A DNA stretch of 64,000 nt from Octopus vulgaris. Lineage: Eukaryota. This document shows positions 12,203-24,558 of the stretch, piece after piece. The DNA lies in assembly GCA_951406725.2 (NCBI GenBank), contig OX597832.1, forward strand, positions 56,234,001 through 56,298,000, in the 5' to 3' direction. The position numbers and the translations under genes are program-made. Below the pieces are notes generated by a model, which was not told the origin of the DNA, made no database searches, and saw only the letters and a program-made list of their open reading frames with translations. Each line of letters starts with the position of its first letter. Within the stretch, counting starts at the first letter, position 1.

Positions 12203-12494
12203 TTCAATGGCCCAGTGGTTAGGGCAGCGGACTCGCGGTCATAGGATCACGGTTTTGATTCCCAGACCAGCCGTTGTGTGTTAATTGAATGAAAACACCT
12301 AAAGCTCCACAAGGCTCCGGCAGGGGTTTGGGGCGATCCCTGCTGTACTCTTTCACCACAACTTTCTCACTCTTTCTTCTGTTGGCCTGCTCACTTAGCC
12401 AGCGGGGTGGCGTCATTTGAAGACTAAAACAATGTGAAGCGCATTGTGACCAGCGATGTATAGCAAAATCTGATAGCCTGGTCGGTCACGTGAT
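12203..12494 (+). mobile_element. SINE family B head with an alternative tail (second copy 46201-46494, minus)
   Basis: Same tRNA head up to CTCTTTCTTC, then GTTGGCCTGCTC...GGTCGGTCACGTGAT instead of the 22596-type tail. Confidence 0.8.
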
Positions 12495-12506
12495 TATATA
12501 TATACT

Positions 12507-12906
12507 CTTACTTGTTTCAGTCATTTGACTGTGGCCATGCTGAAGCACCGTCTTTAGTCAACCAAATCGACTCCAGGGCTTATTCTTTGTAAGCCTAGTA
12601 CTTATTCTATCGGTATCTTTTGCCGAACCGCTAAGTTACGAGGACGTAAACACACCAGCATCGGTTGTCAAGCTATGTTGGTGGGACAAACACAGACACA
12701 AAGATATACACACACATACACGTATATATATATATATATATACGACAGGCTTCTTTCAGTTTCTATCTACCAAATCCACTCACAAGGCTTTGGTCGGCCT
12801 AAGACTATAGTAGAAGACACTTGCCGAAGGTGCCACGCAGGTGGACTGAAACCGGAACCAAATGGTTCGTTAGCAAGCTACTTACCACACAGCCACTCCT
12901 ACGCCT
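12507..12906 (-). mobile_element. SINE family A
   Basis: Full-length reverse copy of the 10262-10716 element. Confidence 0.85.
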
Positions 12907-12931
12907 ATATATATATATATATATATATATA

Positions 12932-13063
12932 TCCTCTGACGAGGCCTTTGGTTATTTTAACATACAAGTATAATTTTTAATGCCTAAAACCATAATACAC
13001 TGATATCTATAGGCAATATAGGTTGAATTGACACTTGACCATAGGCTGAAACAGCTGTAAGGA
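12932..13063 (+). ncRNA. Minimal type I hammerhead-ribozyme-like motif with a long stem II
   Basis: TCCT-CTGACGA-GGCCTTTGGTT...GACCATAGGCT-GAAA-CAGCTG-TA-AGGA; canonical core and palindromic stem III. Confidence 0.65.
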
Positions 13064-13409
13064 GCAGTTTATTTGTATTATTATATTACATATTGATATA
13101 TAGTGTTTTGTTTGATTTTGATGTTCCCGTTTGTATAATTAATAAATAATGTGAAATTGTAATATCCGTAAGCTGATGAACAAGATGAATTTGTTTCTCC
13201 AGTTTCTTATTTGTATTATGAATTTACGGTCAAAATATTTTTTACTTTCACCCATTTAATACCATAAATGAATTAATTGCATTGAAATTAAAAGCATTTA
13301 TGTATTAAGAATTTGAGTACTTCACCAGGAGTATATTGGATAACTGATATCCCATAGTGTGTTACATTCATAACCCCTATCTTACTTTGTATATATACAT
13401 ATACATATA

Positions 13410-13806
13410 CTAGCAGTATCGCCCGGCGTTGCTCGGATTTGTAAGGGAAATAACTATATAAGCATTTTTAGAGAGTTATAGCCAAAAAATAGCAAAAAAA
13501 TGCATCAAAAATGGAAAAAAAATTATGGTAAATTTTTTTTTAAATCGTTGACTCATCGTAGACATTTTTAGAGAGTTACTTCCCTTATATAATAGCGAAA
13601 AAATGCATCAAAATGAAAAAAATGATGGTAAATCTTTTTTAAGATCGTAGACTCATTGTAGACGCGTGCTAATACCCAGAAGGGCTCGATATGAATCACG
13701 ATTATAAGATACCCGGTTTTGGTTAAACTGCATTGCAAAATGTGGGAGTAGTTAGGAATCTAAATCGTAGGAGACAGACACACAACTTCACTTTTATATA
13801 TAAAGA
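13410..13806 (-). mobile_element. Non-autonomous Helitron
   Basis: Minus strand A|TCTTTATATATAAAAG...CCGAGCAACGCCGGGCGATACTGCTAG|T: 5' TC, subterminal GC-rich hairpin, 3' CTAG, inserted between A and T; internal ~100-bp tandem duplication. Confidence 0.8.
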
Positions 13807-14159
13807 TATATATATATATATATATATATAATAATGTGTACTCAGTGAAAAGAACAACCCAAATATAAACCATCATGCAAAACGGTAAAATAAAAAAAAA
13901 AAAAACTGCCAGGCTAACGAAAAGTATTGCAAACTGTGCATTTATTTATACAGTTATTACATCAAGTGACATTTACAGTTTGTTTGGTTGCTCCCGGTCA
14001 ATTTTGGTAACAAGGACCCTGGAGATGGTTCCACTAGTTCTCATAACGATTCTTTCTAGCAAATGCAAGAGTTTACATGAAATTATATATGTATATATAA
14101 AAAAAAAAAAATGAAGAAAAACAAAACCAGATTCTGTATATATAATAAATAATAATAAT

Positions 14160-15450
14160 TCTTTCTATTATAGGCACAAGGCCTGAAATTTTGTGTGTGT
14201 GGGGGGACTAGTCGAGTTCATTGACCCCCGGAAAGGATGAAAGGCAAAGTCGACAAAGCAAATAATAATAATAATAATAATCCTTTCTAGTATAGGCACA
14301 AGGCCCTGAAATTTTTTTTTAGAGGGGCTGGGGACTAGTTGATTTCATTGACCCCAGTGTTTCAGTGATACTTAAATTTATCGACCCCGAAAGGATAAAA
14401 AAGCAAAGTTGACCTCAGCAGAATTTGAATAATAATAAATAATTTTTATTATTATTTCTACTCAAGGTCTGAACTTTTAGAGAGGGTGAGGGGTGGGGGT
14501 GCTTGTCAATTACACTATGCATTTTGTCAAGGGCATTTAACAATTCTGCCCACTTGCCAATTAACTAATAATAATAATAATAATAATGGTTTCAAATTTT
14601 GGCACAGGGCCAACAAGTTTGGGAGGAGGGGGCAAGTTGATTATATCAACCCCAGTGTTCGGCTGGTACTCTTTTTTATCAACACCGAAAGAATGAAAGG
14701 CCAAGTCAACCTCAGTGGAATTTGAACTCAGAATGTAAAGACAGACGAAATACCACTAAGCATTTTTGCCCAATCACTGCCTTAATAACAACAACAATAA
14801 AGGTTTGAAATTTTGGCACAGGGCAATTTGGGGGGAGGGGCAAGTTGATTCCATCAACCCCAGTGCTTGACTGGTCCTTACTCCATCGACCCCCAAAAAG
14901 ATGAAATGCAAAGTCAACCTCGGCAGTATTTGAACTCAGAGTGTAAAGAGCCAAAGGAAATACCTATTTCTTTATTACCCACAAGGGGCTAAACACAGAG
15001 GGGACAAACAAGGACAGACATAGGTATTAAGTCGATTATATTGACCCCAGTATGCAACAGGTACTTAATTTATCGACCCCGAAAGGATGAAAGGCAAAGT
15101 CGACCTCGGTGGAATTTGAACTCAGAATGTAAAGACAAACGAAATACCACTAAGCATTTTGCCTGGCGTGCTAACGTTTCTGCCAGCTCGCCGCTTTAAT
15201 AATAATAATAATAATAATAATGATGATAGCTTCAAATTTTGGCACAAGGCAAGCAATTCTGGGGGAGGGGCAAGTTGAGTCATTTAACCCCAGTGCTTGA
15301 CTGGTCCTTACTCCATCGACCCCAACCCCAAAACGATGAAATGCAAAGTCAACCTCGGCAGTAATTGAACTCAGAGTGTAAAGAGCCAAAGGAAATGCCA
15401 CGAGACATTTTGTTCCACGCACTAACAACACTGCCAACTTGCTGTAGTAG
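14160..15450 (-). repeat. Head-to-tail array of about six SINE family C copies separated by (TAA)n/(CAA)n
   Basis: Repeated GGCACAAGG...GACCCC.AAAGGATGAAAGGCAAAGTCGACCTCGGC units. Confidence 0.8.
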
Positions 15451-16083
15451 TAGCAGTAGTAATGATGATGATGATGATGATGAAGAAGAAAAAGAATAGC
15501 AGTAAGCATTTATTATTTTATTTACATTGAAGAAATTTTATGGAGGGCAAATGGAGTTTGGAGGCAAATAAGGAATAAATAAAAAAAAGTAAAGGGGGTT
15601 AAATTATTTAAGATAATTATGTTTATTGTATTCATTACTTGCAGTTTAATAATAACAAGTAAAAAAAGAAATTTTTTTTAATACCCACAAGATTTCAGTA
15701 TCAAAACATAACAAATGAGAAATGATAGGCTTTTCCGAAGGAAATAGACTTAAAAGACAAAGAAAAATTAAATGGAAATTTAATTTATTAGATATACATA
15801 TCATTAACAGGAAGTGATGAATCAAATGAATGTTTTACAGCGTTATATACATACACACACGCAATCATCGTTCAATACCTGGCTTAAACAAGGCCAATAC
15901 ACACATCATATATATATGTATATACATATATGCACACACACACTCACGCATCTTTTGCTTTTTAAGTGCTTCAGTCATTAGACTGTAGCTATGCTGGGGC
16001 ACAGCCTTCAAAAATTCTTAGTTGAACACATCAGCCCCAGCACTTATTCTATCAGTTTCACTGACAAGCCACTGAGAAATATA

Positions 16084-16133
<50 letters not shown>

Positions 16134-16230
16134 TACATACATACAGGCCTTGTGGTATATTTCCACAGAGCACTTTTCATTAGAGACAGACATATACACA
16201 CACTGCATCAATAAAATTACCACATTTGTA

Positions 16231-16275
<45 letters not shown>

Positions 16276-16276
16276 C

Positions 16277-16311
<35 letters not shown>

Positions 16312-17494
16312 AGTATGTATATATGTATGTATATATGTATGTATATATATATATATGTATGTACACACATATATATATGTGTGTGTGTGAGTATATATAT
16401 ATATCAAAGTTGAGATTATGTCTGATGAATTTAACCAATGCGATGTTTTAAAACATACAGCTAAACATAAGAATACAGGAAATATTTAAGTACATAAAAA
16501 TTAGATAAGCTACTAATATTGTCTTTATGACATATATTCATGTTGCCTTTTCCTTTTCTAAATTAAAAGATGAAATAACAATGCAATATTAATTTTGAGA
16601 AGATGATCTGTGATAACTCGCAGGATATATATTATATATATTTTTAGTAATATACACTTGATAAATTCATTACTTCTTCACAGAATAAGGAAGGTGTGTA
16701 GAATAAGTCAAGTTATATGAATTCTGCACCAAAGCTTTAAAGAATTTTCTTTTTTCCCTGCTCTAAATCTTGAAAGAAATCTGTAGTCATAATAATTTTC
16801 AATATATTATTTGTGGAATATAACACTGAAGTTAATATAATCTCATTCATTGTTGCAATAACTGCCATAATAATGAATGCCAAGTTGATCGCCTTCCTTT
16901 ACAAATTGTGTAATTCTTCTTTCTTTCCTATTTCAGGAAATTTAGGTTTCATGGAAAATTCCTTTGAAGGGAACTGAACAGTAGAAATAAATATAAACGG
17001 AGTTTTCCTAAAGAAAACCATAAAATAAAACAACAACAACAAAAACAACAATAATAATAATGATAATTTCAAATTTTGGGACAAGGCCAGCAGTTTTTTA
17101 GGGTAAGAGCTAAGCCGTTTACATCAGCCCTCGTGTACAACTGGTATTTTTTATTTCATCAATTCTGAATGGACAAACAGCAAAGATGACTTCTACAGAA
17201 TTTGAACTCAAAACATTAAAAGCCAGAAGAAACACCACAAAGCATTTCGCCTGACATCTAATGATTCTGCCAATAATAAAAACCATAATAATTATTATTA
17301 TTATTAATTTTTATATTGTCGTTATGATTTCAAAACCCTATCATGGTTGACTTCAGTTTTCATTCCTTTGGCATCAATAAAAGTACCGGTAATTACTGGG
17401 AGCAATGTAATCGACTATTCACTTTCCACCCAAATTTCAAGCATAGTACCTACATTAAGAAACATCACCATCATTATTATTATTATTATTATTA

Positions 17495-18022
17495 CTGAAT
17501 GAGAGTACAATGCATGCTATCAAAGTGACACTGGAGTACAAATATATGAAGTCCAATACAGCCATCATGATGACCAGACTGATAAGGGTACATCAGGTGC
17601 ATGCATCATAGCCATATGTGTGCAACATGGTGATCTCATATAAAGATAAACAGCACATGACCTAGCAGGTGGGGCCCAGTTAGAATTTTCTTCAGGTTGA
17701 GTCGCCCATCCCACTCAAAAGGTCCCTGAATAAGGGTTAAGGATGATGAACAAAACACCCATATTTCCAGAGGTGAATTATCCAAAACCCAAAGAATCCC
17801 TCTCAACACGTCGCTATGATGCTCCCCCACGACTTCTGCTCGTGATCAGAGATGCATGTAGTCAGCCACATGCTCAACTGGTTAAGGCCAAGCAACTGAC
17901 AAGTAATCTGTAGTATTGAGCAGAATATTTGCTGTAGCCCATCTTTTATACCAAGACAAAACAATGTACATGATAACACTGCTAATCAGTTAAGATTAGA
18001 AGCCAAGAGAGCCACTGACTGG
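17495..18022 (-). repeat. ~530-bp element flanked on both sides by (TTA)n
   Basis: Sharp compositional change, with ATT repeats at 17473-17494 and 18023-18035. Confidence 0.45.
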
Positions 18023-19177
18023 TATTATTATTATTTTTGATTCAAGTGACGATATTCTGCCAAACTCTTTGTTGTTAGCCATAAAGCAGTAAGAGCCAGT
18101 TAAGTTTTAAATGGTACTCCATCTACTTCCATCATCATTAAAGGTACTCTGCTGATGTAGTTCATGATAACTGCACGTGGTGAAGTAAATAAAGGTAAGT
18201 AACTTTTTTGTGTTTCTTAAACTAAAACCAGAATTTAGTCCCATTCCAAAAAAATTAAAATTTTTATATTTTTCTACATTTTGAAAAAAAATACAAAAAA
18301 AAAAATTTCATAAAAAAGCATAAAACAATGAATCTCAGTAACAGAGTTGGTTTGTTTACTTTGAAAACTACTAATGAGATATGTCCAAGTTTAGCTTGCT
18401 CATCAACAAAAATCACAGAATAAAAGGAAAGATTTTTAGAAAATAAATAGAAATGCTAGTATTTTCACAATTATTATTATTATTATTTTGTAGTAAATGG
18501 AAGGCGGCTTTTGTTTAAAGATTAGCCAAAACACTTTGGCTGAGGTCTTAAGACATGCCAAATAGGATAAGCTTTATTTTATCAATATAATTATTAAAAT
18601 TTTTAACAGGAATTCCTGAAGTGTTTCAAGATTAAAAATGCAATCTAATTTGCTAAACTGAAAAGCTAACAAATATATTCGGGGGGGGGGGGGAGAAATT
18701 CTGTCACAGAATAACTGACCCGTCCCATGAAACAAATACAAAGACAATGTAGAGCTTGAGAAAATAATTATTACAAATAATAATAGTAAAAACATTACTT
18801 TTTTTTTAATTTTAAGAATGAAGCCTTTCTGCAGGGAGAGTTGGGTTAATTATTTTGCTCAAGGACACTGCAAAATCTGCAACAGTATATCCAGGTATGA
18901 CTTATAAACCAATAGATGGCCTGCCTAATCAGTGCACCACTGCTCAAATGTTCATTAATTAAGGAAAAATATTAACTTTTTTCTTTCTTTTTTCCCCTCG
19001 TAACTGCTATTCTTTTGAAGCAATGGCACATTAGGTGTGAATATTCCATCTAAGAACTGAAACCAAGTTGTGTGTTTCATTCAGAAAGAGCATACCAACA
19101 CACCATGCAAAAGCCTTAATAGAAAAAAAAAAAACTTCCATGAGTCCATGTGTTCAAGAAACATCTCTTAATATTGA

Positions 19178-19623
19178 TTTCAAATTCTGGCACAAGGCCA
19201 GTAATTTTTGGGGGAGTAGGGGCTTAAGCTGATTTAATCAACTCCTGTGCTCAACTGCTACTTATTTTATTTTACATTCCGGAAGGATGAGAGGCTAAGT
19301 CAACCCCAGCAACATTTGAACTCAGAACATAAAGTCGGAAGAAATACAGCTAAGCATTTTGTCTGGTGAAATAATGATTCCGCCAGCACGCCGCCTTAAC
19401 ATTGGTTTCAAATTTTGGCATGAGGCCAGCAATTTCAAAGGAGGAGATAAGTCGATCACATCGACTCCTCCCAGTTTGCAACTGGTACTTAATTTATTGA
19501 CCTCCTGAAAGGATGAAAGGCAAAGTCGACCTCGGCAGAATTTGAACTCAGAATGTAAAGACAGACGAAATACCATTAAGCATTCCACCCTGCATGCTAA
19601 CGTTTCTGCCAGCTCATTGCTTG
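19178..19623 (-). mobile_element. SINE family C dimer within one TSD
   Basis: 18-bp direct repeat AACATCTCTTAATATTGA at 19160-19177 and 19624-19641. Confidence 0.8.
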
Positions 19624-20973
19624 AACATCTCTTAATATTGAATCCATTTCAACAAGGCAGAAAGTTTCAAACTTAGAAGTGAGGAGGACAAAAGGAGATG
19701 AGATTATATATATATATATATACATGATATTCCGGTCTTCTTTAATGCTATTCATCGTATAAAATGGTCCACAAACTATTGAAACAGGTTTTTAGACATG
19801 AAAAATGTTAAAAATGACCAAACACTATGCAGACAGTTACCTCCCTTGAAACCAGTTGTCTCATCCATTGGTCACTGGATGGCTGGCGCACGTCATGGTG
19901 TTGCATTGTGGGAGAATTAAATCTATAGCTTCTGGACAGCGCAACCAGAGTGATTAGACGTATTTTCTTCCTGCTGCGATTCCAAGTGATGTAACGGTCA
20001 AACATAACCACATCTATATGATTAAGAGCGCACAGAAACAGCCTTTATCTCTTTCTATACAAATACCGTAATTTGCATGCAGTGTCAAGATTAAAACGAC
20101 TTGCGGTCGTATTTGCAAATTCTTATCTTTTTATTCTTGTATTTGAAGAATGTCCTAAAACTACAAGAAATAGCTGTTATTAGGACCTCAAGAGAACATT
20201 ACTACTGCAAGAGATCCGTCAGTTCTTACATAGCAAAATAGTAAAAATAAAATATAGAAAAATGTCAGTGGGAACCAAAGGATTGAATGTAATCTATTTT
20301 AAAGTTTACTGGTAGTCTTAAGAGAAAGAAATCTGTTAAGTAATAGGGCTAATTACGGAGTTTAGTTTATCCTTCACTAGATGTCACTTAAAAACACGAA
20401 TATATATCACAGTCCAAAACAGCTTGTAGTTTTAAACAAACACAAAGCGATCTATTCAAGCAAGACCAGCAGCCAATCAAATTTAACATCCATAGTAAGG
20501 CTTCAAAAACTCTGTGAAAGTATCATAAGTTAATTATACAGAACTTGGTAACTGGATTGATTAATTAATTAATTAATCAATCAATTAATTAATGAGTGAG
20601 TGAGTGAGTGAATGGATGATTATTTTTAGTTGTGGGTGATGAAGGTGCTTAGAAGTGAATTACAAAAAAAAACAAAAAAAAAAACATTAAATAGAATCTT
20701 ATCAACACAAACAAACAACGGATACCTTGTTTCAGCCTCTTCTAAGCTTATTTCAGCTGTAATTGGCAATTGAAAATATTTTGCTATTCACACACAAACA
20801 CACACACACACACACACCCATGTATAGAAATTTTCATTGAAGTCCCAATATTCCAAAATTGTTATAACAAAAAGAATGTTTTATTCAAGAGGGCAACCTA
20901 TCAAGGAAACCAAATCATAATAACTGGCAGTTTAATGAATAACATGTATCCACAAATTACACACACGTGTGTT

Positions 20974-21034
<61 letters not shown>

Positions 21035-21546
21035 ATATATATACATACACACACACACACGTATTTATACACATGCATAAAGACAAGAGTATGTATGTGT
21101 GTATATATATATATATACACACACATAAATGTTAATGCTGAGGTTGTCAAGATATTAGGTTAGTCATGAAAATACAAGCATTTACTGACGAACGGACACA
21201 ATGCTTGTAGTACAGTCTACTTTAGATGCCCAGTTATCCCAATAAGTATTTATACATATATATATATATACACACACACATCATACAGAATATATATACA
21301 TATATATGTGTGTGTGTGTGTGTATGTATATATATCTTAGGTGCCTGTTCGTAGGAACAAGGCATTATTAATATGGTAAAGAAAGTGCTTAATCCTTCAG
21401 TGAGTTATAGATATTTCTTTATTAATAACTAGATCGCAGTTTTATAGAACACATTCCACCCTTACGGTCTTTTCAAAGCAAGACAAGTTTTGCGAAAGCA
21501 ATAAGGGCTAAAACAGATTTATAAAATTGTAATCCAGTCATTAATG

Positions 21547-21578
<32 letters not shown>

Positions 21579-22118
21579 TGCACATGTCACTCGCACACAC
21601 AAAGATATATATATATATATATGTACATGTGTATATAAACATGTATATACATATGTATAGGTTTGTCAGTAAGTTATTATAAATAACTTGTCTCAAAGTT
21701 GGAAGACAATTTTTAAAAAATATTCTTCAAGTATTTCACTTCGTTATTCTAGTAGTATCTAAATATAAAAATTGTCATCATTGAGAGAACACCTTCAGTG
21801 TCCGAGAGGCCTATCTTGACAGAGGCCTTGTGGCAACCATTACAAGTCTATTTTGTTCGAACGGAATAAAGAAAGGACGTACAGAACTGTTTTACTTTAT
21901 ACATATTAAAAATTACTCAATGCTATTATAGCACTTTTAATGTCCATTTTGTTTGTATATTTCTGTATGTGTGTTTTCTTTTGTTTTCCTTTATATATAT
22001 ATATATTATATATACATACATATATATACATATACACACACACACATATATATATATATTATATATATACATATATATATATTCACTTTCTCACTCTCGC
22101 ACCAAACACAGTTCCTCC

Positions 22119-22426
22119 TCATACGACATGATTGCTACCCCTGGTGGATTCAGAGGTGATGGACTCTGGGAGGTGAGGGTCCACAGTCAGTACTTCAATG
22201 CAGCTGTCTTCTATATCACTTTCAGGAGGAGATGCCACGACATCTTGCATCATCGTTTCTAGAGGGGTTTTCTTCATTAAAGCAGCAGCAGTAGAATTAG
22301 TGGCCCTTGTTCCAACCACGCCATCTTCAGCAGAGATACCACCAACAGCTCCAAGGGTTGGTTCAGACAAGCTGTTATTCGAAGCTGGTCCATCACTACC
22401 CAGTTCAGAATTAATGGATACGGGAT
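22119..22426 (-). CDS. RNF13: RNF13-like probable last coding exon (disordered S/E-rich tail)
   Basis: aaccag acceptor; phase 1 matches the previous exon; open for 101 further codons (D)PVSINSELGSDGPASNNSLSEPTLGAVGG...STRGSNHVV then TGA. Confidence 0.75.
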
Positions 22427-22595
22427 CTGGTTAAAAACAGAAAACAAAAATTAACAAAGGGAAACGGATTCACATCAATAAAATATTCTCCAGTTTGTTG
22501 CAGATCTTTTCAAAACTTAACCAATTCCACTGCCATATTTCAATGGAAATACAGTTTTCTTAGTTTCAATTAATTTTAAAAATAAAGGATTTATT

Positions 22596-22979
22596 GTGTG
22601 GAAGCACTCCGTCGGTTACGACGACGAGGGTTCCGGTTGATCCGATCAACGGAACAGCCTGCTCGTGAAATTAACGTGTAAGTGGCTGAGCACTCCACAG
22701 ACACGTGTACCCTTAACGCAGTTCTCGGGGATATTCAGCGTGACACAGAGAGTAACAAGGCCGGCCCTTTGAAATACAGGCACAACAGAAACAGGAAGTA
22801 AGAGTGAGAGAAAGTTGTGGTGAAAGAGTACAGCAGGGATCACCACCATCCCTGCTGGAGCATCGTGGAGCTTTAGGTGTTTTCGCTCAATAAACACTCA
22901 CAACGCCCGGTCTGGGAATCGAAACCGCGATCCTACGACCGCGAGTCCGCTGCCCTAACCACTGGGTCATTGCGCCTCC
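22596..22979 (-). mobile_element. tRNA-headed SINE, family B, full length with TSD
   Basis: Head GGAGGCGCAATGACCCAGTGGTTAGGGCAGCGGACTCGCGG...GTTTCGATTCC; 12-bp TSD AAAGGATTTATT at 22584-22595 and 22980-22991. Confidence 0.9.
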
Positions 22980-23834
22980 AAAGGATTTATTAAAACAACT
23001 CTGTCAAAATGATTCTGACGTGGCAATGCAATAAGAAGCTTGCTTCCCAAACACATGGTTCCAGGTTCATTCCCATTGCGTGGCACCTTGGGCAATTGTC
23101 TTCTACAATAGCTTTGGGCCAACCAAAGCTCTGTGAGTGGATTTGATAGATGGAAACTGAAAGAAGCCTGTCGTATATGTGTGTATTTGTCTCCTACCAC
23201 TGCTTGACAACCAGTGTTGGTTTGTTTGCTTCCTTGTAACGTAGCAGTTCAACAAAAGAGACCGATGGAATAAGTAACAAGCTTAAAAAATAAGTACTGG
23301 GGTTTATTTGTTCAGCTAAACCCATCAAGGTGGTGCCCCTCCATGGCCACAGTTCAAAAGACTGAAACAAGTAAAATATACGATAAAAACTGTCTTTCAG
23401 AATTTCGTACTAATTTATGTTCTAAAGATTAGCTTAATAATGACAGAGTTATTTTAATAAATTCTTAATTATTTTCAAAATTAATTGAAACATAAGTAAA
23501 TCTTTCTAAAATATTAATTTTCCATAACAAAATGCAAAGGGAGACAACTGAACATTGTAAATTATTTTGTCTGCTGCTGCCAGCAGAAATGCCGTAGACA
23601 AAATACCTTCATAGAGGTCATCTCAAATTTATTATTAAAATATAAAGCCAGTTTACAAATGAGTTAAGTGATTAAATATTGTGGTTCTAGTCAACACAAA
23701 CTCGATATTTTCAAGAACACACATCTTCTGACAAAAATTCAAAAGGATGTCATGCTCTGTTCACTTAATTCTGTTTTCATATGCAATTTTATTTTAACTT
23801 ATCACAAACAGAGACAGGTGGAAATCTGCTTTAA

Positions 23835-24290
23835 GTACCCCATATAACCCCACATAACTTTTTAAAATTTTTATTTTATGGAATTTTCAGAAAAATTTTG
23901 TGAATTTGTGGTAATTTATGCGATTACGCAAAATCCAAAAAGTTACATGTGATTTAAAGACTATTTAGCTGTTCTTTTTAGCACATCTCACGACCACATG
24001 ATACCCTGCTTGTTTGACTATCATTCTGATATATTTATGTTTTTCAATATCTGTCTCCTTATAAGCACATGTTAGGTCTGTTGCTGGGATTTAACCAAAA
24101 CATTCAGACTCCATATTTTAAACTGTGATTTAAAAAAGAAAAATTCGAAAAACTTCTTTAAAAATTTATTTAAAAAAATTTTTCCCCCCCCCCATAGTCA
24201 TATGAATTCTCAAGTGTAGAAAACAAATCTACAAAAATCTTCGGAAAATTCCAAAATATAGAAAAGTTAGGAGGCATTATATGGGGTGCA
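23835..24290. mobile_element. TIR-bounded non-autonomous DNA transposon, superfamily unclear
   Basis: GTACCCCATATAACCCCACATAACTTT is an imperfect inverted match to AAAGTTAGGAGGCATTATATGGGGTGC. Confidence 0.6.
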
Positions 24291-24558
24291 CAAATCACAC
24301 ATAGAAGTCTTTAACACTGTTAGTGAGATGATGTAATTGAGTATCCGTGTATACATGTGTCTACACACATTGAATTTGCAGATATTAGCATATTGTCGGT
24401 GCATGCGTGGGCAAGTGTCATGAAGTTAACTTAACAACACATGGTCTTGAGTTCAGTCCCACTCTGTGACACCTTGGGTGAGACAGGAGCTGAAAGAAAT
24501 CCATTGCAAATACATGCACATGTGTGTGTCCATGTTCCCATCCCACTGTCTCCTAGAT

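Noticed and set aside
13172-13200. CTGATGA followed by an ACAA/TTGT stem
   Set aside because: No GAAA or stem I partner follows, so it is not a hammerhead.
20720-20758. Minus-strand CTGAAATA-AGCTT...AGGCT-GAAAC
   Set aside because: Core mismatched, stem III not palindromic and stem I does not pair.
22900-22979. tRNA-like sequence with A and B boxes
   Set aside because: It is the head of a TSD-flanked, multi-copy SINE and lacks a proper acceptor stem.
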